Below, one piece after another: positions 30,701 to 39,595 of a stretch of DNA of 46,109 nt; the first letter of the stretch is position 1, and each line of letters begins with the position of its first letter. Source of the DNA: Trichomonas gallinae. Taxonomy: Eukaryota. The stretch is taken from assembly GCA_008369845.1 (NCBI GenBank), contig MRSU01007023.1, positions 1-46,109 of the forward strand, given 5' to 3'. The notes beneath the pieces were generated by a model that did not search any database, was not told the origin of the DNA, and was given only the letters and a program-made list of their open reading frames with translations. Both the position numbers and the translations under genes were made by a program.

Positions 30701-33700
30701 CATTAACAGCAACATGCTACGACTTCTTCATCGATATCAAGACAAATGAATGGTCACCATTCGTTGACGGAGAACTCGGATTGGAGTCAATTCCAAGAGA
30801 CGAACTCGAAACAGCAAAGAAGAATCCTGTTGAATCTGTTTTCATTCCAACACCAGAATCAGCAGCTTTGTTGTTCGTTACAAGGTTGTTGATTGAACAT
30901 CAGCACAATATTCTTTATCACGGTCCAGAATCATCGAAATCATTGACAGTTCAAAACCTGTATTCGAATGTTTTATCGAAGAAATTCGATTGCAAGAATC
31001 TGCCAATCGCAAACTGCTCAACAGCCAACAATATTCTGCATGTGTTAAGATCATTTATGCACAAGCATCACGGCGTTTACGGTCCATTAACTGACCAGCA
31101 GTTGGTAATATTCTTGGACAACATCGGCTCTGTTAAGCCAGAAGTTTACGGCGCTCAGCCACCTTTGGAGCTCATCAGACAGCTCTGCGATTATGGCGGC
31201 TGGTATAACACAGCAAATGTCGAATTCCAGAGAGTCGTTGATACAACATTGATTGCTGCAATGGGTCCAGCTGGTGCTGGTTTATTCTCAATTCCAGAAA
31301 GATTGATGAGACATTTCAATCTAATTCACACACCAAAGATGAGAATCGAATCAATGGATAAGGTCTTGAAATCATTGTTGAAGATGAAGTTTGTCGGATT
31401 CGCAGATGAAGTCGCAGAAATATTCAACAAGACAGTTGATGCGATGCTTGAAATCCACAAGCAATGCGTTGAAAATCTTTTGCCAATTCCATCGAAATTG
31501 CATTATATCTTCTCACTCAGAAACATCGTCAGAGTCATCAAAGGCATGCTATTAGTTAAGCCAACAGATATTCCAGATCCAAATGCATGGGGAAGATTGT
31601 TCATGCACGAAATGCTCAGAGAATACAACGACAGATTCAACATGGATGATGACAGAAAATGGTTCAACAATTTGGTGAAGACAACAATGAAGTCAAAGAT
31701 GAGTGTTGACTTCAATGAGGCCTGCCCATCAGGAATTTTGATGTTCAACGAATTTGCTGACAGAGCTGGCAGATACAAAGAAATCAAATCGAAGCCTGCC
31801 GATGTTTTGCAGGTTTGCAGAGAGATGCTCGAAGACCACAACAGAGATGCATCAAAGACATTGGATATTGTCATCTTCGACGAAGCAGTTGACCATATAT
31901 CCAACCTCAACAGAATCCTCACATTGCCAAGAGGCCACGCAATTCTTGTAGGTGTTAAATCAAGCGGAAGAAAGTCTTTGGCAAGATTATCACTTCACAT
32001 GTCATCAATGGAAGCCTTCGAAATCCAAATCACGAGAACTTATTCATTCACTGAGTGGCGTGAAGACCTCAAGAACCTCATGAAAAACATGGGTGTCAAT
32101 GATACACCAACAGGCTTCATTATTTCTGACGCGCAAATCATCGGATCTTATCAGCTTGAAGACATCTCGAACATGTTAATTCACGGCGAAGTCCCGAACT
32201 TGTTCCCACGCGAAGAAGCGGAGCAGATCAAGGCGGATATTATTAATAATGAGATGATCACTGATGGAGATCCATGGAAGATATTCACAGACAGATGCAG
32301 ACAACATTTGCACATTATTTTGGTTTTCTCACCATATGGCTCAACATTCAAAGAATCAATGCTCGCATTCCCAGCATTAAGAACTGAGACAACAATAGAC
32401 TGGTACATGCCATGGTCGAGAAACGCTTTAGAGTCAGTCGCAAACGCAGCATTCTCGAAGGCGAATGTTTCGAATATCAAAAGTGTTGTTAACGTTTGCG
32501 TCGAAATTCATAAGAGTGTCGAGAAGGCAGCTGACAGGTATCTACGTGAAGCAAAGAGATTCACAGCTTGCACGCCTTCCAGATATTTCGAGCTTTTGAA
32601 CAATTTCGTTGACAGACTCACAGAGCAACAAGAAGCTGTTCAGGATAACATCAGAAAATATGTTGGTGGTGTCGAAAAAATCACAACAACAAGAGAGCAA
32701 ATCAATGTCCTCAAGAACGAACTTGACGCTGCAATTCCTGTCTTAGAGAAGCAGAAGAATGAAGTCGCAGAGATGCTTAAGACTCTTTTAGTCAAGCAAA
32801 AAGAAGTTGAAGGCACAAAAATCGAAGTCCAGAAACAATCAGACGATGCTGCAGTTGAAGAACAAAAAGCTCAAGAAAAGAACGCGATAGCTCAGCAGAA
32901 ACTTGCTGAAGCTCAGCCAATTCTCCAGAAGGCACAAGACGCTGTCGATTCGATGGATAAGAACTCATTAGTCAACATCAAGACACTCAAGAAAATTTCT
33001 CCAGCTCTGAGAGAAACATTCGAGGCCATCTGCATCATCTTCCAGAGGTCACCAAAAAGAGTTGACGGTCCGACACCTGGCACAAAAGTTGATGACTACT
33101 GGCCAGAGACTCTTACATTAATCAACGACTCTAAGTTCGTCTTTAATATCAAGAATTTCGAAGTTGCAAGCCTCCCGAGAACAGTTATCGACAAGCTGAA
33201 GAAATATGTACCAGAAGGTAATGCAGGAAGAGAAGCTAAGCTCGAAGATATCAAGAAAGGCTATGCAGCCGTTTCCAACCTTTATCTCTGGGTCTGCGCT
33301 TCTTATGACTACTGGTGGGTCTACCAGACAATCATCCCAGTTAAAGCTGAAGCAGATGAAGCAGCTCAGAAGCTCGAAGAAAGCCAGAAGAAACTCGCAG
33401 AAAGCAAAGCATATCTTAAGAGTGTCGAAGATCAACTCGCAGAACTCCAGAAGACATTCGATTACGCTAAAGCTGAAGAGCAAGCTTTGGCTGACGATGT
33501 CGCACACAAGCAGCTCAGACTCGACAGAGCGCAGAAGATCATGAGCGGTCTGAGTGGTGAAACAACTCGTTGGGAAGCTTCAGCAGAACATCTCAAAGAA
33601 ACAGCTGGATTCTTGTTGGGCGACACTTTGTTGTCTGCTGCTTCAATGACACACCTTGCTGCTTTCTCACCTTCATTCAGAGGCGAGTTGATTGAACAGT

Positions 33701-36700
33701 GGAAGAAATTCTTATCTGACGAAAACATTAAACACAACGAGAAATTCTCCATCGAGAAGAGTCTCGGCGTCGAACAAATCATCAGAGACTGGGTTGTTAA
33801 AGGTCTTCCTAATGACTCTCATTCTATTGAAAACGCTATCATCATCAACAACTCAAAGAATGCATTCCCATTGTTGATTGATCCGCAGTTATCAGGCACA
33901 AAATGGCTGAGAAACGTTTTAGGAGAGAAACTCAATGTCTTGAGATTCGATCAGAACGATTTCCTTCAGCGCCTTAAAGGCTGTGTATCATTTGGCTTGA
34001 GCGTTTTAATCGAAAACGTCGGCCTCAAGCTCGATCCACTCATTGAGCCGATTTTGAGCAGAGAAGTCATTAGCTCAGATGGCTCAAAGAAGATCGCTTT
34101 AGGTGGTGAATATGTTTCTTATTCGGATGACTTCAGACTTTATTTATCTACAAAGTATCCAAACCCAATTTATTCTCCAGAAGTCTGTTCGCAAGTCACA
34201 TTGGTTAACTTCACTACAACGCAGGATGGTTTAAGCGATTTGCTCATGAACAACCTCCTCGAAGTCGAAAGGAAGGATTTGGACGAAAAGAGAATTCAGC
34301 TGATGGAAGCAAATGCTGCAAACATGATCAAACTGAAACAAGTAGAAAACGAAATTTTGCAGATTGTTTCAAACGCCGGCGCTGATATTCTTGAAGATGA
34401 TACTGCCATTGAGACACTACAGAAGGCGCAGAAGACATCACAGATGATCGAACAGCAGATGATTGCTTCAAGGAAGACAGAAGAAGAGATCCACGACTTC
34501 AGAACAAAGATGATGCCAGTAGCTGCAAGAGCAGCTCTTTTGTATTTCTGCGCATCAGACTTCCAAGTCATCGATCCAATGTATCAGTTTTCACTTAAAT
34601 GGTTCGTTAACATCTTCAAGAATGCAGTCATCAATTCAGAACATCCAAGCGATGTGAATCAGCTAGTTCAAACACTGAATCTTGCAATCGCGAGATCATT
34701 CTATCAATCAGTGTCTTTCTCTTTGTTCTCAAGGCATAAACTGCTCTTCAGCACATTGATGGCTGTTAGAATTTTGATGAGCGAGAGCAAACTTAGGCAA
34801 AACGAGCTCGCATTCATTCTCCAGCCAACGCAGCCAGATGTGAAGAAGCCAAATCCAACGAAATGGCTTCCTGACGAAATCTGGAATTTGTTCATCGTTC
34901 TACCATCATTGAACGAAGTTTTCGCTGCTTTGGTTGACAATTTCATGCAGAAGGAGGCAGAATGGAAGGAATTTTATAAGTCATCAACACCGGAAGTAGA
35001 TGAATTCCCTTACAAATCAACATTGACACTTTTCCAGCAGTTGATTATTCTTAGAGTTTTCCATCTTCATAGAGTCAGAGAAGGCTTGAGAAACTTCGTC
35101 AGCGGCTCGTTAGGCAATGAATTCATGCAGCCTCCACCACTCAATCTATCCAAAGTCTTCAAGGAAAGCTCACCACTTTCTCCGCTCATCTTTATCATCA
35201 CGCCAGGTATTGATCCACAGGACGAAATCATCAACGTCGCTCAGTCAATGGAACTCGAGAAATTCCTCAAGTCATATTCACTCGGTAGAGGAAGAGGAGC
35301 AGGTGCTGAAGCGTTGATCGAAGAAGGCGCTGACAAAGGCTATTGGATTCTTTTGCAAAACTGCCACCTTTCTCTTTCATGGATGCCGAAGCTTGAGAGA
35401 ATTATCGATAACTTGGATCCAGAGAAAGTCAGCCAGAGATTCAGACTCTGCTTGGTTACAATGTCCGATCCTAACTTTCCAATTGGTATCTTGTACCAAG
35501 GCTCGAAATTGATCTACGAAATTCCAAAGGGTATCAGAGAAAATATGTTAAGAGTTTACTCAGGAATTTCCCCAGACGAATACAAAGATGAGTACACTGA
35601 AATTGAACGCAAACTCACATTCCATCTCTCATTCTTCCACGCTGTTGTTTTGGAGAGATTGCTATTCGGCAGCATTGGCTGGAACATTCCATACGAATTC
35701 AACCCATCGGATCTGACTATTTCAAGGAAGCATTTGAGAATGTTCTTGTCAGAAAACGCAGGCTATGTTCCATACGATTCTCTAGGCTACGTCATTGGTG
35801 AGCTCAACTATGGTGGAAGAGTCACTGATAAGTGGGATAGAAGACTTCTGCTGACATTATTGAGACGTTACTTCTCACCAGAAATCGAAAGATCTGACTT
35901 CACTTTCGGCGTGCGATACAACTCGCCAAGCTTCTCTTCTGAAGACTTGAAGCAGGTGGATGACATCCTCCAGAAATGGCCAGTTGTCACTGAAGGCAGC
36001 GATGTTGGTCTCTCAGCAAATGCATCAACAATCACAGCAAGAAACATCGCGTTAGGAATTTTCAACTCTTTGATCGAAATTCAGCCAACTCTTGTTGCAG
36101 CTTCAGGATCAATTTCCGAAGAGCAGTTTGCGCTTTCGCTTGTTGAGAAGTTAATTTCACAGGTTCCTCAGCAATTCAACATTCACAAGTTCACTCAGAA
36201 GTTTGACCTCACAGATACAATCAACACAGTTTTGCACCATGAAATTCTTTTATACAACAAACTCCTTGATTACATCAAATCTTCATTAACGAGACTGCAG
36301 CGCGGCCTCAAAGGATTGATTGTCATCGACAACGAGCTCGAAATTCTTTCCAGAAGAGTCCTGTCGAACAAGGTTCCTGAAGCATGGCTCATTTATTCCT
36401 TCCCATCTATCCTGACTTTGTCTAGTTACATGGAGGACCTCAACTTCAGAATCAGCTTCATCGACAACTGGATAAGGACAGGCAGACCATCTGTCTTCAA
36501 GATCGGAGCATTCTTCCACCCAGAAGAATTCCTGACAGCTGTTTTGCAGGTTTACGCACGTAAGCATGTTGTTCCATTCGATAAACTTTCTTGGGCAACA
36601 ACAGTCACAAAATCAATGAATGCCAATGACTTCCCGAACCCGCCAGAAGAAGGTATATACATCCAAGGATTATATCTTGAAGGTGCTAAATGGGATCTCA

Positions 36701-36960
36701 GCCAGTCAAGGCTTATAGAATGCGAGCAGAAAGAGCTCATAGCTTCTATGCCAATTGTTCACCTTTATCCAACACAAGATAAGAACCTTTACGACATGAA
36801 TCAGACATTCGAGTGCACAATGTACAGAATGCAGAACAGAGGATCAGGCGCCATGGGCCTTCCTAACTATATCATGTCATTGTTCATCCCAACAACAGAT
36901 GTTTCGCCAGATCACTGGATAGAACGTTCTGTAGCTGTATTTATTACTGTTCAGACATAA
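24703..36960 (+). CDS. Axonemal inner-arm dynein heavy chain, DNAH1-like
   Basis: About 4085 aa from the ATG at 24703 (the track starts at an upstream TTG). FPRFFFLSNDEL, P1 GPAGTGKT (28951-28974), CFDEFNR, TMNPGYAGRTELP, P2 GGAMGGKS, stalk coiled coil, YGGRVTD. N-terminal LPLEVFDD...RFNIRFAIED resembles DNAH1. Confidence 0.95.
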   Translation: MTDRFSGRHDRILKQEKELNEKNDHFKRIATKFAEENPTVPALSDWALAPIAKEPLFDEIKQPPETTRIQKSPRRVKKTSDGTIEAPLHIRPPKPIVDDQISLASTKGPNRRLGMTNPELSLFRSARNNNQFNPLPPLKTPTVGRTDTILPLEVFDDMNYAQYPIEELLKHPEAFSKFQDANGEMTWRPCKCIGYDAERELFTIEYDRQGKTKKVVRFNIRFAIEDEDKFEKRVQAAVESCHKFEMLTRLNVRIDGLMVDDIAELTNTQINNIIRKLGIIIPREYEILQNSLTNEIGDNYRKIGKKLYYINDLYTEPTIPDRDEFLTLLEQKPEKTDYGYPYRPPGDFHAKLKAFSNIFLQAHSYLLKGLQKITKSFDSLAQTRFLVKGYDGLLRLEEFTKRQLELVQEKCEYFKTTVQTTIDLNITELMNNRDSPMNPNDQRELYQRFMTLSQRMLHNSLLDSVQKTMEDYTSLFEKFAVETSTDLIPSQFYVTLKLSEENKLILSPTIDEFRDNFVTILSKLEDKVAIIPEIKFSIIELKLDTVSYVDILTEIIRRRKQLSYILDKILKLLENFIAQNSSVEPTLNINAETFATEFDPDGKRSIEDYTKQLNILNKDLEIVAVKIQSTYKLGIFHLDCTAFKKIAIEKISTLIMNLFNRMLYFAQSETQHLITTFRDLIAKVSANTDTPEELGKLKEYMDNVAQNSRDRQQKVDTMMRRFEFLENNHFQISDEDTTNIYVLKSQPRALEHAIEAAEVKYKSERVRMFEQLRENEKQLDDDTDEVAKEIQPFLEKYTDLEMTIDAVDAINEIQKKVMELRQRQDKYNRQEILFDNEPQPSKKLAKLLEEFAPVYLMWTLAGEWNTNNNTWRDTPFNQIKADGMNQFLVISAKKIAKLKKDLAAKDEIVEKILIPLGDQIDSFKKHIPLISKLRHPGIKTKHWEQISKVVGFKVQPDLEMSLQQFLDLNLERWAREISEIAGIAAQEYNIESMLDAMDLELQEKMFNVQPFRDSGSFILAEADQIISTIDDQLVTTQTLLTSPFIHAVKKRANERLAFLRRCHESLDAWMECQRGWLYLQPIFTGTSIQQKLHQEARDWQRVDKMWQLMLTQTKTHPSFNNVMTRDHLYEDLVDANRLLDSITQGLNAYLEAKRLGFPRFFFLSNDELISILSHTKDFDQIQKSMNKLFEYVQTITVENNIITHMNDDGLERVKLINEINGDTPEIEDWLNAFEKEMQNTLKFNIREAIPASEKKRREEWLTDFPAQAILTVNQILWTTQVTNALENSNVKSKNLTALMKRFLENLNGLTDMIRKPLKQATRQCISCMLIFEVHNRDIIQHLIDDNITDVEDFKWEQQLRYYWENDTVMVRSINNDYEYAYEYAGNSARLVITPLTDRCYQTLLAAFKQNMSGAPSGPAGTGKTETVRDCAKALGRPCVVYNCSEEVTPEQMSQFFAGLSSSGTWSCFDEFNRINIEVLSVIAQQVRCIQEAIAAKAETFQLDARTLKVNANAAICITMNPGYAGRTELPDNLKALFRPCAMMVPDFVFISEIMLFSGGYNTASQLSVKLVALFDLCRKQLSHAYHYDWGLRAMKAILSTAGKAKRNNLEAQEAKLLFESIRDCTRPRLVNTDIPLFEGIMHDVFPEVEAEKLLDEKMRDYMIQSYINQHAQPLELYVKKCNEIYETTLVRHGIMFVGGAMGGKSTAWKALQKTLGKLAEEKIGKPAETFILNPKAISIPELYGLFDPVTSGWTDGVLSSFIRDCSMSEPTAWKWIIVDGPVDSLWIETMNSLLDDNKVLCLSNNERISLGAHCKMMFEVDDLSQASPATVSRCGMIYFDPVTLPWTAIADCWVTASKYPEIAKHVRAEMDKVVPRVLTFVQCDAKVAIGTNTSFYVKNMLNIIDCFFDIMREAQEIVSQDGEDPRQVDPLDHTLYFSRYTKKRDSTFGYFNDETVKPIFEKVLLFAIVWSFGSVLAEDSRSMFDNLMKDILKNSKNQFPLTATCYDFFIDIKTNEWSPFVDGELGLESIPRDELETAKKNPVESVFIPTPESAALLFVTRLLIEHQHNILYHGPESSKSLTVQNLYSNVLSKKFDCKNLPIANCSTANNILHVLRSFMHKHHGVYGPLTDQQLVIFLDNIGSVKPEVYGAQPPLELIRQLCDYGGWYNTANVEFQRVVDTTLIAAMGPAGAGLFSIPERLMRHFNLIHTPKMRIESMDKVLKSLLKMKFVGFADEVAEIFNKTVDAMLEIHKQCVENLLPIPSKLHYIFSLRNIVRVIKGMLLVKPTDIPDPNAWGRLFMHEMLREYNDRFNMDDDRKWFNNLVKTTMKSKMSVDFNEACPSGILMFNEFADRAGRYKEIKSKPADVLQVCREMLEDHNRDASKTLDIVIFDEAVDHISNLNRILTLPRGHAILVGVKSSGRKSLARLSLHMSSMEAFEIQITRTYSFTEWREDLKNLMKNMGVNDTPTGFIISDAQIIGSYQLEDISNMLIHGEVPNLFPREEAEQIKADIINNEMITDGDPWKIFTDRCRQHLHIILVFSPYGSTFKESMLAFPALRTETTIDWYMPWSRNALESVANAAFSKANVSNIKSVVNVCVEIHKSVEKAADRYLREAKRFTACTPSRYFELLNNFVDRLTEQQEAVQDNIRKYVGGVEKITTTREQINVLKNELDAAIPVLEKQKNEVAEMLKTLLVKQKEVEGTKIEVQKQSDDAAVEEQKAQEKNAIAQQKLAEAQPILQKAQDAVDSMDKNSLVNIKTLKKISPALRETFEAICIIFQRSPKRVDGPTPGTKVDDYWPETLTLINDSKFVFNIKNFEVASLPRTVIDKLKKYVPEGNAGREAKLEDIKKGYAAVSNLYLWVCASYDYWWVYQTIIPVKAEADEAAQKLEESQKKLAESKAYLKSVEDQLAELQKTFDYAKAEEQALADDVAHKQLRLDRAQKIMSGLSGETTRWEASAEHLKETAGFLLGDTLLSAASMTHLAAFSPSFRGELIEQWKKFLSDENIKHNEKFSIEKSLGVEQIIRDWVVKGLPNDSHSIENAIIINNSKNAFPLLIDPQLSGTKWLRNVLGEKLNVLRFDQNDFLQRLKGCVSFGLSVLIENVGLKLDPLIEPILSREVISSDGSKKIALGGEYVSYSDDFRLYLSTKYPNPIYSPEVCSQVTLVNFTTTQDGLSDLLMNNLLEVERKDLDEKRIQLMEANAANMIKLKQVENEILQIVSNAGADILEDDTAIETLQKAQKTSQMIEQQMIASRKTEEEIHDFRTKMMPVAARAALLYFCASDFQVIDPMYQFSLKWFVNIFKNAVINSEHPSDVNQLVQTLNLAIARSFYQSVSFSLFSRHKLLFSTLMAVRILMSESKLRQNELAFILQPTQPDVKKPNPTKWLPDEIWNLFIVLPSLNEVFAALVDNFMQKEAEWKEFYKSSTPEVDEFPYKSTLTLFQQLIILRVFHLHRVREGLRNFVSGSLGNEFMQPPPLNLSKVFKESSPLSPLIFIITPGIDPQDEIINVAQSMELEKFLKSYSLGRGRGAGAEALIEEGADKGYWILLQNCHLSLSWMPKLERIIDNLDPEKVSQRFRLCLVTMSDPNFPIGILYQGSKLIYEIPKGIRENMLRVYSGISPDEYKDEYTEIERKLTFHLSFFHAVVLERLLFGSIGWNIPYEFNPSDLTISRKHLRMFLSENAGYVPYDSLGYVIGELNYGGRVTDKWDRRLLLTLLRRYFSPEIERSDFTFGVRYNSPSFSSEDLKQVDDILQKWPVVTEGSDVGLSANASTITARNIALGIFNSLIEIQPTLVAASGSISEEQFALSLVEKLISQVPQQFNIHKFTQKFDLTDTINTVLHHEILLYNKLLDYIKSSLTRLQRGLKGLIVIDNELEILSRRVLSNKVPEAWLIYSFPSILTLSSYMEDLNFRISFIDNWIRTGRPSVFKIGAFFHPEEFLTAVLQVYARKHVVPFDKLSWATTVTKSMNANDFPNPPEEGIYIQGLYLEGAKWDLSQSRLIECEQKELIASMPIVHLYPTQDKNLYDMNQTFECTMYRMQNRGSGAMGLPNYIMSLFIPTTDVSPDHWIERSVAVFITVQT

Positions 36961-37672
36961 TTTTTATTAAATTATTTTGTTTTATCTTAAAATCAAGAAA
37001 TTATTTTGAAGCTAACCATAAATTCCTTATAGTCACGCGATTAATGATGAATATACAAGAGAATTGTAAATTAAATCAATTGTAAAGTGAAACACACATG
37101 AATTCCTGGAAGTGTAATAAGACATATATATGCGATGAATGTCTTATATATCTTTTTGGATTTTGTAAATTTCAATGTTTTCTTCAATTTTGATTGATTT
37201 GCCTATTGATAGTTTTGATAATTGCTATAATTTTCTCATGATGCAAACTAATAATTATGTTAATGATGCGAAGTTTTTATCCAAAAAAAAATTCGATCAA
37301 AAACCAAATTTATTTTTCAAAGCTTAATACTTAGCACATCAGTCAGAATTTTAACGCTTATTTTAAGGATCAAGTTAATGAGCAGCGTTGCAGTAAACGG
37401 AAAAATTGCCATACTCAAAGAAATTCGTTATTTACATTGTTTTGGATGAATACATGATAGAAATTATAACCATTCTAAAAATAATCATTCCTGACAATCT
37501 GACAACCTTTGCCACGTAAAATGAAATTCTTTATGTGGTCATTCTTATTATGATTATTTCAGTATTTAGGCTGTCTTCCATCTATGGTGTAATTTTTAGA
37601 GTGATCGATGAGTTTTGATATTTTGATAAAAATTTATTCATGAAAATATAGGCAAAATCTATTCCAAAAGAG

Positions 37673-38440
37673 TTAAGGTGTTTCATATGGATTTGATACT
37701 GGTATTGCATTGTTAATATAATCTGAATCATAAAAATGCAATTGATATGTTGGCGGAATAGGACAATTTGGAACGAATATATGAGGAGGGAAAGCTGTTC
37801 TTAAGTCAGCCATCTCCTTGAAGATAAGACGCAAGTATTGTGGAAAGATTTGAGATATTGCAACTGATGGATATAAAACAACTTGGGAGAACTTTTGCTT
37901 TTTAAGTCTTTCAACTGATTTGACGAAATCTTCATCCATTCTATAAAATCTTTGATTTAATCTAATAGCTTCTTGATCTAATGGCTCGATTATTCGCTTA
38001 TCGCGTGTTTCTTTCCTTATAGATAAGCATTTCTCATGCTGAGCATTAGCTTTCTTCAGTGCTTTTTTCCTTTTCTTATACAAGTATTTCATTCTTTCCA
38101 TTTCGGTTGAAAATAGCTGTAAAGGTACCATAACCCTGTTGTAAATCTCTACATCAAAAAAGGCTTCTGTAATGTGATTAACTTTTTCCGAGAAAAGTAA
38201 AATGCAATTAATTTGATTTGTTGCCTGTGGATGATTATTGTCCATTGATGATTTTGCATGTCTAGCAAGTTGGTTAATGCCTTTAGACATTGAATCGATA
38301 TTTTGTATGATTTTTTCTAGACTAGAAATAGCAAGATCAACATTTTTGTCAAGGTTTTTGTACACTTTTTCTGCCTTTTCATAAACTGTTGGGTCTCTTT
38401 TCGAAAACATTTCCTTAGTGGCTTGAATAATCTTTTTCAT
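37673..38440 (-). CDS. BAR-domain-like coiled-coil protein with Pro-rich tail
   Basis: 255-aa helical ORF with BAR-like pattern (DPTVYEKAEKVY, VMVPLQLF, YKKRKKAL) and a Pro/Tyr-rich C-terminus. Confidence 0.65.
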   Translation of the reverse strand: MKKIIQATKEMFSKRDPTVYEKAEKVYKNLDKNVDLAISSLEKIIQNIDSMSKGINQLARHAKSSMDNNHPQATNQINCILLFSEKVNHITEAFFDVEIYNRVMVPLQLFSTEMERMKYLYKKRKKALKKANAQHEKCLSIRKETRDKRIIEPLDQEAIRLNQRFYRMDEDFVKSVERLKKQKFSQVVLYPSVAISQIFPQYLRLIFKEMADLRTAFPPHIFVPNCPIPPTYQLHFYDSDYINNAIPVSNPYETP

Positions 38441-38456
38441 CGAGTAAGTCTGATTT

Positions 38457-38467
38457 TGACATGTAAA
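38457..38467 (+). promoter_or_regulatory. TGACATGTAAA motif, copy 6
   Basis: Exact copy 17 bp upstream of the BAR-like ATG, with inverted variant TTACATGACA at 38480-38489. Confidence 0.6.
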
Positions 38468-39467
38468 ATATCATCGGAGTTACATGACAAATGATCTCCA
38501 TTTTATTATTATAATAATAAATTAGCTATGGAATTAACTTCTGATTCATATACATATCCTCATATTATGAAATAACGAGTTTTCACGCCCGTTTTTTAAT
38601 AAAATTGTCATCAGGCTGGAATTATTGCAAAATAAAATAGGAATTATGAAAAGCAGTTTACCAAAATGTAATATCAAATTTTGACTTTACAATATTTACG
38701 TGTCATATTGTCTTTTTTAGTCTTTTTTAATGACTGTTTCAAATTATATTTGTATTCATATACGTTTCAAATAGAAATTCCGAAATCTGAGGATGAAAGC
38801 AAGAATGCATATAAATTACTGAATACTCGTTATTAAGGGTGCACACCAGACGAATTTTTCCTCGTTACATGTTTTCAAACTCCAATAAGAGAACTATTCT
38901 GTTTTTGTTATATAATTAAACATCACTGAATATGTGAAAATTCTCCAAACCTTTTTTTTTTTTGACTTCATTACAGTGTAAGAAACATTGGATATTACAA
39001 ATATACGCAACTTTATGTGCTCTGTTCTAAAAGTTGAGTATATTTTCGCATATTTTAATCAATGGCGATAATCGCTGTCTTTCAGAAAGTGAATAATAGA
39101 GTATATCCATATATTTGGCAAAATGCTACATATGATTAGTTTTAATTCAAAATTGAAAATCTTGATCAATTTTTCAAACCTGCTCATATACAGGAACGCC
39201 GTTTTATAAATTGAAGGGATCAAGATTGGCGATTTTCAGTAAGACTTTTTAGAGAATTGAGCGGAGAATCATTTATCGCATAACTAAACTTTTGCGCTCG
39301 TCAAAACGTAGTATAAATTTTCTGATTCCGAGTAATCAATTGAAATGAAAATCAAATTTTGGTTTTGTGTTCATTATTTTATGCAATATCTAGTCAAAAA
39401 TGAAAGATTTCTAAAATTTTGACTTATCCTTAATTAATCTTTCAATGGTTTACAAATAAATATTTAT

Positions 39468-39474
39468 TCATTTT
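39468..39474 (+). promoter_or_regulatory. Initiator (Inr) TCATTTT
   Basis: Consensus Inr followed by AAAA-ATA and an in-frame signal-peptide-like sequence. Confidence 0.55.
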
Positions 39475-39595
39475 AAAAATAATATCAATTGCAGCTTTTC
39501 TCTTTATTTTTTCATGCGAATCGGTTAATCAATTAGATAACACCAGTGATCTGGTTGCAAAGGAGACATACGCGCAGTCAACAATTAAAAGAAAA

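Noticed and set aside
1545..36960. Apparent clustering of microtubule/flagellar genes (LisH protein, KATNAL2, dynein)
   Set aside because: They are interspersed with unrelated genes, and such genes are common in a flagellate genome.
37117..37147. 9-bp inverted repeat ATAAGACAT / ATGTCTTAT and a nearby ATGATGA (box C-like) downstream of dynein
   Set aside because: No properly placed box D or terminal stem; the short AT-rich stem is likely chance.
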